Below are positions 19,844 through 28,628 of a stretch of DNA of 64,000 nt, in pieces; position 1 is the stretch's first letter, and each line of letters opens with the position of its first letter. Under the pieces are notes generated by a model. The model was not told the origin of the DNA and searched no databases. It saw only the letters and a program-made list of their open reading frames with translations. Location: positions 2,321 through 66,320 of the forward strand of contig JAHDBA010000011.1 of the NCBI GenBank assembly GCA_020630615.1, given 5' to 3'. The DNA comes from Myxococcota bacterium (lineage in GTDB: Bacteria; Myxococcota; UBA727; JAHDBA01). A program made the translations under genes and the position numbers.

Positions 19844-20431
19844 ATGGCAGAACTTGATCCAAGAACCGGTGAAGACCTACAAGGGCCTTTCGCACCCTAT
19901 TTACCACCGATTGAGAACAACTTTGTGCTTGGGGCAAGTTTAGCTTTTGTCCCTTCATTGTTGATGTTTCTCAATGGTTTGGCGGGTGCTGTGCGTATGC
20001 GGGTCGAGAACCATGCCGCGATCATGGAATACAACACAGACCATATGAGCGGCGCAGACTGGGGCATGCTTATCGCTGCATTGGTTTTCCTAATTGTCGG
20101 TATCTTTTTGATGGTGAGTGCTTCAACTGTGGATAAGGCGCGAGCAAAGAACGCACGCAGCTCTGCGGTAAAGGCTGCGGGTTTTGTAAAGATGATTGGT
20201 CGGGTCGCTTGGATCCCCGCCGCATTGTTATTGGTCTTCACCTTTGGACGGGCTCTCGGAGAGCTTTCTCATGAGGCAGACGGGCATGCGGTCGAGGCAA
20301 CAAAAAAAGAAAAAGCTGCAGCAATGAAGATTCTTGAGGAGAAGAAAGCTGCCGCTGCTGCTCAAACTGTTGAGACCACAGATTCTAATAAAGAAGTACC
20401 GAAAGCTGCGGAAGCGAAAGAAGCGAAATAG
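19844..20431 (+). CDS. Hypothetical membrane protein with a K/A/E-rich C-terminal tail.
   Basis: Four hydrophobic segments, followed by KKEKAAAMKILEEKKAAAAAQ...KAAEAKEAK. Confidence 0.45.
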   Translation: MAELDPRTGEDLQGPFAPYLPPIENNFVLGASLAFVPSLLMFLNGLAGAVRMRVENHAAIMEYNTDHMSGADWGMLIAALVFLIVGIFLMVSASTVDKARAKNARSSAVKAAGFVKMIGRVAWIPAALLLVFTFGRALGELSHEADGHAVEATKKEKAAAMKILEEKKAAAAAQTVETTDSNKEVPKAAEAKEAK

Positions 20432-20576
20432 TTTTTGGGCCTACAACAGAGATGATTCGAGCGCGGCTATTGGCTGCGCTTTTTTTGATGAATGTTGATG
20501 TTTGCCGCTTCGGCAACCATGTTGATTTGCAACTGAGGAGCGCCCTGCGCTAACGCACTTGAACAAAGATTTGACG

Positions 20577-21113
20577 TTAAAAAGTGGCGTCCAGAAACGC
20601 ACCCATCAACTGGGTGATTTGTTCATGTTGCTCTTCTCGAGAAATTGTCGGAGTACCATCCCCACGCTGAGCACCGTAACTTGCAAAGTTTGCATGATTG
20701 CCACCAATGATTTCGTAGAGGTAGGTGGTGCTGTCATTCGCAAAAGTCTCTTCTGCGTTGTCAGTGCTCGAGAGTGCTATCGTATGGGATAGACGGTCCA
20801 ATCCCTCGAGAATTTCTTCTCGCTCAGCGACACCATCGTTGGACGCATAAATATTCAAAACCTTGGCTTGCCAATCACTGAGGTTGGTGCTCCTCGGAGG
20901 ATGCGCAGCCAATAGAATCAACCCCTTAAACTCTTCTGGGTTCGCCTCAACGAGCCTTGCGGCCGTTGCGCCACCGAGTGAATAACCGGCTATTGCCCAG
21001 GATTCAACATGTGGGAAACGCCCCACAACTTTCAGTGCAGAGTTGGGTGCAAGAACCGCTAAATCCAAGGGGGCTTGATCAAATACGATAGCAACGTCAT
21101 TGTGCCCGCTCAC
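20577..21113 (-). CDS. Alpha/beta hydrolase. Possibly N-terminally truncated; see findings.
   Basis: GxSxG nucleophile elbow AGYSLGGATAARL. The frame stays open upstream to 21290 and encodes the conserved ...ALVFYPGGRVHEDAY... segment. No ATG, GTG or TTG lies upstream of the GTG at 21113. Confidence 0.5.
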   Translation of the reverse strand: MSGHNDVAIVFDQAPLDLAVLAPNSALKVVGRFPHVESWAIAGYSLGGATAARLVEANPEEFKGLILLAAHPPRSTNLSDWQAKVLNIYASNDGVAEREEILEGLDRLSHTIALSSTDNAEETFANDSTTYLYEIIGGNHANFASYGAQRGDGTPTISREEQHEQITQLMGAFLDATF

Positions 21114-22005
21114 GACTTTCGCTAAGACTTTAATATATGCATCTTCGTGAACACGACCGCCGGGGTAGAAGACCAGTGCTTTGGTTTTGTCTTCAAAATC
21201 ACCTAACGTGAGTGTGGTAAGCCGGCGTTGTTCCTCTACCTCAATGTCGTCAGGGAGTTCAAACTCAAGTGCGCGGTACGAGCGCGCTATTCAACGCAAA
21301 CGCGATGATACATAGATATAGAGAAGATAACAGATATCTAGAATGAACCACCAAGCCTCCCAAAGCATAGAAATCTAGGGTGCTTGCCCCTCGGTCGACA
21401 ACAATCGGTCGCTTGGCCGAGATGAAGTTTCAAAAAGTCGAGAGTACTTTCGCCAAAGCACTTTCATAATCTTCGATTTGAACATCTGGTTTGAGAGCTA
21501 TGCGTTCATGTTTGGCCTCCCCATCGCTTTAGTTGGCATGAGTTGGAGTATACGCCTCAACGTCTTCGTTGCATAATTTTAAGAGGCCAGGGGGCCCATA
21601 ATGCAGGACACCTGCAGCGTTTGTTCCTACCAGCGTTGCATTCAGATACTTCTTGAAAAGCAAATTCAGCACTACACTCTGCTATATTTTACCATATGAA
21701 AGAAACTTGTGGACCTTGGTTACCCATAACCGTGGCAGACCGACGGAACAAATAAAAGAACCACAAAAACGCACGGATTTATGGTGCGACTCTACAATTG
21801 GGTCTTAGAGAGCGATTCAGTGCTTGCTTTCTTGTGAGCTGCTCGATTACTCTCTCAAATATGCAAACTTTGTTTCAAAACTGCTGGCATCATCGTCACC
21901 ATTAGGTTGGGCGGTGAATGATTCTATAGATTGAGACACAACACCGGCCCGCGCGCCGGTTTTTGTTTGTCGAAAGTTGGGGTGGTGGCTGGATTCGGAG
22001 AACAA

Positions 22006-22383
22006 ATGGCCACAACAATCGGAAAGCTCATCATTCCCCGCGGGGAAATTTTTCTGCAGATTATTCAACGCTTGCACGACGCAGGCTTCCCCGTGATACG
22101 GAGTGTCGAAGGCCAATCTGAAATCGTGGTTGGAGCACAGCGTTGGGTTCTTCAAACATGTTCTGTTGATGACCTCTTTGACACTTTCGAAGTTGAGAGC
22201 AACTGTGTGGCGCTTATCCCATCGTCTGCACCAGAGCAGCTAAAATCAAAAGTACGTCAAACTCAAGTGCGCCCACTCAATGATGATCAAGGGCCTCTTT
22301 GTGTGTTAGCACCGCGCCAGGAGAGCTCATTTGAACGTTATCGCTCGGTGATTAAGCTGACGATGGGCTTGTGTAGGCAATAA
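22006..22383 (+). CDS. Hypothetical small protein (126 aa).
   Basis: The ATG at 22006 is preceded by GGAG. A hairpin plus T-run sits just upstream, at 21946-21970. No domain recognised. Confidence 0.4.
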   Translation: MATTIGKLIIPRGEIFLQIIQRLHDAGFPVIRSVEGQSEIVVGAQRWVLQTCSVDDLFDTFEVESNCVALIPSSAPEQLKSKVRQTQVRPLNDDQGPLCVLAPRQESSFERYRSVIKLTMGLCRQ

Positions 22384-22403
22384 AAAACCCACTCAATGAG
22401 TGG
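22381..22403 (-). terminator. Rho-independent terminator immediately 3' of tRNA-Asn.
   Basis: The minus strand reads CCCACTC-ATTG-AGTGGG followed by TTTTTT. Confidence 0.6.
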
Positions 22404-22404
22404 G

Positions 22405-22480
22405 TTGGCTCCGCAGGAGGGACTCGAACCCCCGACCTGGTGGTTAACAGCCACTCGCTCTACCAACTGAGCTACTGCGG
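22405..22480 (-). tRNA. tRNA-Asn (anticodon GUU).
   Basis: The minus strand reads TCCGCAG-TA-GCTC-AGTTGGTA-GAGC-G-AGTGG-CTGTTAA-CCACC-AGGTC-GGGGG-TTCGAGT-CCCTC-CTGCGGA-G-CCA. This folds as a cloverleaf with GUU at positions 34-36. Confidence 0.9.
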
Positions 22481-23198
22481 ACCGTGCCCCTTTTGTTTCA
22501 GAATGGAGGAAGAGTGTCAAGTGTTCTAATGCAGAAAGGAGCTAAAAATTGTGAGCGCTATAGTTTTGGCCTTGCTGAGTTGGAATTGAACTACACCAAC
22601 AAGCGAATACGTTGTGGAGATTTTTTGGGTGCGCGTTCGATTTCACCCCGCGCCTCGATATCGGTCTTAATGTAGCGTGTGTAGTTTGTGAGACGCCCCT
22701 TCGGGAAGGGACATCGGACTCCAACTCTATTTGGACAAAAGCGACAACATCTTTAAGGAGGATGCCATTTGTGACGCTTTCGTTGTTGTCCATGTATCTA
22801 AGGATAGCGTCACGAACGAGCAGATATTGTTCAGCAGAGACGGTGAAAGCTTCTGAATAGTTGGGTCGGTTTGCGTTAAGAATTAGCGCGCGACCTTGTT
22901 GTTATTTCTCCTCCACTCGGGAAATAACATCGACAGGAAGTACGGAACACGCAGCCTTAGAACAGCCATTTTTAGGCAGGGGGTACTTAACATTTCGCAT
23001 GCCACTGCGATGTCCATGTCGGGGAAGTGTTACCAGCGGACTCACTTTGGAAAGATACTTCTAGCATGTGAACATATCCCACCCAGGTCCATCATGCGAA
23101 ACATTAGGAAATCAGGCTTCTGGACCAAATAAAAGCTTCGGGCCTGGTACATCTGTTCAATATCGAGTATCGAAGAGGTTGTTTGTGAGGAGTCCATC

Positions 23199-23489
23199 AT
23201 GGGTGAAGCGATAACGGAAATTGTAAGTCGCGAGATGACCTTTTGGAATATGGTCGGGCATAGCGGGTATTTGCTACTCTTTATCTCTTTCTCTGTGAGT
23301 CGACTCTCCGTCTTACGAATCTTAACGATTAGCGCAAACTGCTTTGTCTTCGCTCATTTTTTCTGGGGCTATCAGGATGGAAGCTTTCAATGGACTCATG
23401 TCAAATGGGTCCCCGTAATGTGGGCAGTCATCTATAACATAGTCAATGTTTTGAAGCTTATCCAGGAGTCAAAAAAGTCAGAGCAATGA
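23199..23489 (+). CDS. Small hypothetical membrane protein (96 aa, about 3 TM). Paralog of the next gene.
   Basis: SD GAGGAG lies upstream. Hydrophobic segments present. Shared motifs with the 23617 ORF are LRILTISANCFVFAHFFW versus LRVITLIGLAANIAFFWCAL, and WAVIYNIVNVLKL versus WNSLYFAVNVYQL. Confidence 0.5.
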   Translation: MGEAITEIVSREMTFWNMVGHSGYLLLFISFSVSRLSVLRILTISANCFVFAHFFWGYQDGSFQWTHVKWVPVMWAVIYNIVNVLKLIQESKKSEQ

Positions 23490-23616
23490 TTCTGATGCCG
23501 GGTGTGCTCTCAGCTTGAAGCGACGCTCTCAGGCTTGACGGAAAAGATAGGTTAGGTATATTTCGCGCAAATTGATTTGCTTGGTTGAGACCGTGAGGTC
23601 TTAAAGGAGTGGATGG

Positions 23617-23898
23617 ATGACGCAGATGAGCCTTGGTACGATCCCGCTAACAACAATCTTGTGCAATCTTGCCGGAGCAATGTTTTTATTGGCGTATGTG
23701 GTGCGCCAGATGTGGCTACTGAGGGTGATTACCCTAATCGGCCTTGCTGCCAATATTGCTTTCTTTTGGTGTGCCCTCGGGACGAGTGAGATAAGCCCCA
23801 TCGTGTGGAACAGTCTCTATTTTGCGGTCAATGTCTATCAGCTTGCCTGTATCAGACATAAGCAGAATCATGAGACAAATTCGCTTTCCATATCTTGA
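23617..23898 (+). CDS. Small hypothetical membrane protein (93 aa, about 3 TM). Paralog of the previous gene.
   Basis: SD AGGAG lies upstream. Frame chosen by paralogy with the 23199 ORF. Confidence 0.5.
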   Translation: MTQMSLGTIPLTTILCNLAGAMFLLAYVVRQMWLLRVITLIGLAANIAFFWCALGTSEISPIVWNSLYFAVNVYQLACIRHKQNHETNSLSIS

Positions 23899-23952
23899 GA
23901 CACTTTTCGGCTAAGCTTTCAAGATGAAGCTTCACGGCTTATTCTAGCCGAT

Positions 23953-25764
23953 ATGAAGGTTGTGAAAGGTCTAGGGTTCTCGGGCATTGGGAGGCAGGAC
24001 TCTGAGAAGCGTGAAGTCTCTACTACATCACAAAGTGCAGACTCTCTCACCTCTACAAATGTACACCATCCGGATGAAGATTCGTTCGGTGCTGAACGAA
24101 AGAACGGGCCACATGGTATCGACTCCGTAAAGCCCAATGAAGGTGCGCCTGCAGAGCGCGGGACGTCACCCGCTGCGAGCGAGTTGTTACGGCAGATTCA
24201 ATATTCTCGTTCGACATCGGAGCATCGTGCGCTCATAAGTGCTCGTTATGATTTTGATGAAGTGATGGGGGACGACTCGAGAGACATGGTATCACGCAAG
24301 GTCGCAATCCTTGACCAAATTGCTCTTGATGGGCGCAAAGGCCGGCTTAGCGAAGAAGTTTTCTATGCAGCACTTCAATGGGTCAGCGAATGTATGGAGG
24401 GTGAGTTCGCCTCTTTCGAGCATGAGCTTGCACAGGCGATGGCAGTACTCGTCACAAGCGCGACCCTGGAGCAAGACATCACTGCAATTGCAGAGCTTGG
24501 CGCAAAGCTGGATCTCAATTTCTACGGTGAAGATCTTGCACGAGCAATCTTTGAACATCCCAATGTGGATGCGCTGCATGTTGCGGCAGAGTTCCCGAGA
24601 TATGTGATGGCGATGCTCAATGAAAATGCAAGAGGAGCGAGCTTTGAACTTGAGAGTCGATGGTTTGAAAATGGGGAGGCGAGTGTTGTTCCTTTTGGAG
24701 GCAGCCGCCAGCCAGATTCAAGTGCGGCGCTGATCATGGCATGCGTTCGGCAGGTGCAAACACAAGGACCCGCGACGGAACGTTATATTGAGATTGTGAG
24801 TGGCCTTTTGAAGTCGCTAACGCCATCAGAACGTAGCGCTTTCTTTAGGCGTTTTGGGTCAGGGGAAGTCATCGAACGCTTGCGTCATCGCTGGACCTAT
24901 CAAGAAGGTGCAGAACGTCTCAACCCTTGGCCTTTAGTGAGTCTTGAGCGTATGAAAGGTGAGGTCCCAAACATGGTGGCCCTTATCAGTGAGCTCCTGG
25001 GGAAGAATATTATGTTGATGGAGAAGATGCTTTCGTTGCCAGACAATCGCACCTTCTTGGAGCGTGAATTCCCCCGCGAGATGCTTCGCTATCGAAGCGT
25101 CAAGAAGGAGCTTTACGCAATGCGCATTACCAACTTTGATTTGATGCCTTTCTCGCATGCACCAGAACGCGTGATCGAGATGTGGGACGATGAAAGCGCT
25201 CGAGTCGATGAACGCCCAATCGCTGTGGTCGTTCAAAGCCCAGTGGATGCCAATCTTGCAATGGATGCCAAGGGCGATTTTGAGCAACTCTACAACAATT
25301 ACAGAGTTCTTTTTACACAGGCCAGAAATGAAGAAGAGCTTGAAGATGCAATGCGACATTTTGATGCCGTGGTCTGCGATACTAAAATTCAACTGATGGT
25401 TATTGCGGGACACGGAAGCGTAGAGAGTATTGCCCTCGGGGCTGATGACCCCCGTTACGATGATAACGCCAATGAATCTGAGCTTTTAGACTTAAGTGAC
25501 TCCGAGATGTTTAAAGAGATGTTCAGACATCGTTTGGCGCCGGGGGCTGATATTGTTTTGAAAGCGTGCAGTACGGGTGCTGAAAATCAGGAGGGCAACC
25601 TCGCTCAGCGGATTGCAGAGGCAGTACCTCAAGGCAGGGTTCATGCTTTTCCGGATGATAACAACAGTACACTTCTTCTGGATCCGGAAGGAACATTCGA
25701 ATCTCTGAAGTTGCGAGATAGCGATGAAGGACAAGAGGTCATTGTTTTCGAGCCTACCGAGTAG
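23953..25764 (+). CDS. Large acidic hypothetical protein (603 aa) with a C-terminal caspase/CHAT-like (clan CD peptidase-like) domain.
   Basis: No signal peptide. C-terminal ~250 aa are paralogous to the next gene. The putative catalytic dyad is LMVIAGHGS (His at nt 25411-25413) and DIVLKACSTGAE (Cys at nt 25567-25569), 52 residues apart. Confidence 0.55.
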   Translation: MKVVKGLGFSGIGRQDSEKREVSTTSQSADSLTSTNVHHPDEDSFGAERKNGPHGIDSVKPNEGAPAERGTSPAASELLRQIQYSRSTSEHRALISARYDFDEVMGDDSRDMVSRKVAILDQIALDGRKGRLSEEVFYAALQWVSECMEGEFASFEHELAQAMAVLVTSATLEQDITAIAELGAKLDLNFYGEDLARAIFEHPNVDALHVAAEFPRYVMAMLNENARGASFELESRWFENGEASVVPFGGSRQPDSSAALIMACVRQVQTQGPATERYIEIVSGLLKSLTPSERSAFFRRFGSGEVIERLRHRWTYQEGAERLNPWPLVSLERMKGEVPNMVALISELLGKNIMLMEKMLSLPDNRTFLEREFPREMLRYRSVKKELYAMRITNFDLMPFSHAPERVIEMWDDESARVDERPIAVVVQSPVDANLAMDAKGDFEQLYNNYRVLFTQARNEEELEDAMRHFDAVVCDTKIQLMVIAGHGSVESIALGADDPRYDDNANESELLDLSDSEMFKEMFRHRLAPGADIVLKACSTGAENQEGNLAQRIAEAVPQGRVHAFPDDNNSTLLLDPEGTFESLKLRDSDEGQEVIVFEPTE

Positions 25765-25812
25765 CGTGTAGCGTGACCAAAATGAGACACTTGCGGCCTG
25801 GTTCCGCTTTAA

Positions 25813-28452
25813 TTGTCTGACGAAGCCACACATCCGTTACACTGGTTTATGTCGACTAAAATCGGAAGAGGACAAAACCCAATTCTTCAGTCACCAAAGC
25901 CTCGGAAGAATGTAGAGGGGCAAAAGCTCGAGAACACAATTGATGGTGCATGCCCGATTGGCGCTGACGAAGCGGTCAGCGATTCGTTTGATGCTTGCTT
26001 TGAAGCAACGAGTCTTGAAGCATCGAACACGAACAATTTGGAGACACAGCGAGTGCAGAAGCAAGCGATGCCCAGTCGAATACCGGACGCGCTGCATGAC
26101 GCATTGACCGACAAGTCTACCACGAAGCTTGAAAGCGTTGTATTGAAATCTGAACTAAGCACTTCGGTTTGGGATGAAAGAATCGATTATGCACTTTCAC
26201 CTCTATCCGGTGAAGAGGCATCATCGAAGGTCTATTTCAATAAGCTCTGTGACGCGAATCAAGTTGGTATTTTGCTCGCAACAGATGAAGGCCGCGACCA
26301 GCTCGCAGTGAGTCTCGTTGAACTTCGCTTGAATGACGTTTCGCAATACGAAGAAGTCAGTCTTTTCATTGCGACATCGTTCACGAGCACGGAGTTGCTG
26401 CAAGTTGTTGGCGAAATCGATGTGCACTCTTTTCAGCTTTTATCGTTGGACACGGTCAGGGATGTTGTTGTGCTGAGCGAGTTCACGCCAAAGATCTTCT
26501 TCCCAATATTGGAGTCTCGTTTGTTAGAACTTGGAGTGCCGAGGGAGCTTACCTCACAGGTCGTAGATGAGGGTTTAATCGCGCTGGGTGAAGAGGGGAT
26601 TGAAGGGTGGATGAACGCGCTTGGACCGGTCTTTGACCGCCAAAGGGTTTTTGATGCCTGGATGAATGTTTGGACAGACATTGTTGAGCGGGAGAACGAT
26701 GCGCACGCTCACAACGATGCGCGTGAAATTGTACTGACGCACACTTTGGCGCTGGGCGAACGCAGCGAACTACGAGGCCTTTATCGAGGCGACCCGAGTC
26801 GCTTCGACGCACTAGCTCGGATCGTTGAATCGTTAGCAGAGGGGGGCATCGAAGAAAGTCTCGCAAACCTAGCAAAACATATGGACGCGGAGCCTCATCT
26901 TAGGAATGTTCTAAGTGAACTGGTTGCCCGTCGTTTCGAAGGGGACATTTTTGACGCGATCGCGAGTAAGCGTCATAGCCCTGATCTTGAGTCTGTTTTG
27001 CAGTGGTTGGAAAGTTCACCGAACAAGATATCTTGTTTTCAGAGGGTTTTTGACCAAGTTTTGTTAACAACCACCGACGCTACCCTTCGTGCACGGTTGC
27101 TAGAACTTGCAAAACATTCTTCGCCCGATGAACAAAACGCATTGTATCGAACTATTGTTTTGGGGGATGAGACGTTACCCGACTCGTGTTTGGAAGGGTT
27201 GGGACCGCTCCTCGATACATACTTGTTGCGACAAGACGGCATTGTGGATGTTGATTTGCTGCGCAGCACGTATTCAAATCACAACTTTTTAGTCACATAT
27301 CATATTTACCGTCGTGATGACTTTGCTTTGGACTTGGCGCGTAGTCTCGCGGGTTATGATGACAACATTGAAACTTGGACGAAGTCTGAAGGGCTTGATG
27401 AACATCAAGAAACATCAATCTCTACCTTTCTCGCAGGGCTAAGTCGTATCCGCAGAGTGGGGAAAAAACAAGGTTTCGGTGAAGATGCAATCAACCGCCT
27501 ATTGCAGCTGTATTGGGACTCTGAGATTTGTGACGTGCCAGAAACTGACATGCTTGACCATGGGCTTTCTGTCTTTGGTGATTACGAAGGGCTTGACCTA
27601 AAAAAAGCGTACTTTGCAGACGTTTGGACAAATCGTGTGCTTGACGACGGTGACCTTGACTCCGTGGCCAATGCACTTGATGCAAACATCATGCTGATGT
27701 CGAAGATGCTGACGCGTGCAGGAAACCGTGAATGGTTAGGGGCGAATTACCCTGAAGAGTTGACACGTTATGAGACTTTGAAAGCGGAACTCGCAGAGAT
27801 TGGCATCGTAGATTACGACATCATACCTTTTAAGAATGAACCCGAGAAAATTTTGGAGGGATGGAAGGCCCAGAAGGATGAACGCCCCGTGGCGATTGTC
27901 ATACAAAGCCCTGAAGATTGGAACTTGGGTTTTTACCATGGCATTGCAGAGCATTACCCCAAACTCTATGAATCCCATCGTGTTCTTTTTGCACATGCTC
28001 GCGGCGAAGAGGATGTCGCGAACATTGGGGCGAGGGCTCATGGGTTTTTGGGCGAGTCATCGATTGATGTTTTGGTGCTGGCGGGTCATGGTTCTCAAAA
28101 CATGATTAGTTTTGGCGCAAAGGACCCTCGTTTCTCAGGCGACAAGGCGGGGCTTGCGCATCTTGATTCTGATGATGACTCGCTGCTTGAAGCTTCGTTT
28201 GCGAAACTCTTGAACGCAGACTCGGATATTGTTCTCTATGCGTGTAGCAATGGTGCAGAAAAAGAGAGTCAGTCGAATTTGGCAAAGGTTGTCGCCTCAT
28301 GTGTTGGGCAAAGTCGCGTTCACGCTTTGCCAGACCCGAACAATGCTTCTTTCACTTTTGATGAACACGGTCGTTTTCGAGGTCTCAAACTGGCAAACAC
28401 CAACGAAGGGCAGGTCCCGGTCGTGATTGAGCCAGACGCGTTAATTCGGTGA
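25813..28452 (+). CDS. Large acidic hypothetical protein (879 aa) with a C-terminal caspase/CHAT-like domain. Paralog of the previous gene.
   Basis: Starts 48 nt after the previous stop. The track start is TTG at 25813; the first ATG is at 25849. The N-terminus is helical, repeat-like and unrelated to the 603-aa protein. The shared C-terminal domain has LVLAGHGSQ (His at 28087-28089) and DIVLYACSNGAE (Cys at 28243-28245), 52 residues apart. Confidence 0.55.
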   Translation: MSDEATHPLHWFMSTKIGRGQNPILQSPKPRKNVEGQKLENTIDGACPIGADEAVSDSFDACFEATSLEASNTNNLETQRVQKQAMPSRIPDALHDALTDKSTTKLESVVLKSELSTSVWDERIDYALSPLSGEEASSKVYFNKLCDANQVGILLATDEGRDQLAVSLVELRLNDVSQYEEVSLFIATSFTSTELLQVVGEIDVHSFQLLSLDTVRDVVVLSEFTPKIFFPILESRLLELGVPRELTSQVVDEGLIALGEEGIEGWMNALGPVFDRQRVFDAWMNVWTDIVERENDAHAHNDAREIVLTHTLALGERSELRGLYRGDPSRFDALARIVESLAEGGIEESLANLAKHMDAEPHLRNVLSELVARRFEGDIFDAIASKRHSPDLESVLQWLESSPNKISCFQRVFDQVLLTTTDATLRARLLELAKHSSPDEQNALYRTIVLGDETLPDSCLEGLGPLLDTYLLRQDGIVDVDLLRSTYSNHNFLVTYHIYRRDDFALDLARSLAGYDDNIETWTKSEGLDEHQETSISTFLAGLSRIRRVGKKQGFGEDAINRLLQLYWDSEICDVPETDMLDHGLSVFGDYEGLDLKKAYFADVWTNRVLDDGDLDSVANALDANIMLMSKMLTRAGNREWLGANYPEELTRYETLKAELAEIGIVDYDIIPFKNEPEKILEGWKAQKDERPVAIVIQSPEDWNLGFYHGIAEHYPKLYESHRVLFAHARGEEDVANIGARAHGFLGESSIDVLVLAGHGSQNMISFGAKDPRFSGDKAGLAHLDSDDDSLLEASFAKLLNADSDIVLYACSNGAEKESQSNLAKVVASCVGQSRVHALPDPNNASFTFDEHGRFRGLKLANTNEGQVPVVIEPDALIR

Positions 28453-28526
28453 GTGAATACGACGAGCGAACCAGCGGGACGAACTTGCGTTTTTAACTTT
28501 TTTTAGAAATGCGCTTTGGGATATTG

Positions 28527-28602
28527 TGGTGGAGCTAGGCGGGATCGAACCGCCGACCTCCTGCATGCCATGCAGGCGCTCTCCCAGCTGAGCTATAGCC
28601 CC
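28527..28602 (-). tRNA. tRNA-Ala (anticodon GGC).
   Basis: The minus strand reads GGGGCTA-TA-GCTC-AGCTGGGA-GAGC-G-CCTGC-ATGGCAT-GCAGG-AGGTC-GGCGG-TTCGATC-CCGCC-TAGCTCC-A-CCA. GGC sits at positions 34-36. The G3:U70 alanine identity pair is present. Confidence 0.9.
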
Positions 28603-28628
28603 ACAATGTATGAGCTTTCGCTCATAGC

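Noticed and set aside
21847-22155. 102-aa minus-strand ORF overlapping the 22006..22383 plus-strand ORF and the leader hairpin.
   Set aside because: It has no SD and no motif. It overlaps a plus-strand ORF that has GGAG plus ATG and ends at a clear terminator. Judged a shadow ORF.
22338-22520. 60-aa ORF on the minus strand.
   Set aside because: It coincides exactly with tRNA-Asn and its terminator. Translation of a tRNA gene is spurious.
22481-28526. att-type direct repeats of the tRNA-Asn or tRNA-Ala 3' halves that would delimit an integrated element.
   Set aside because: Scanning by eye found no convincing partial tRNA copy. No integrase or transposase ORF was found either. The island call therefore rests on tRNA flanking and gene content only, not on mobility hallmarks.
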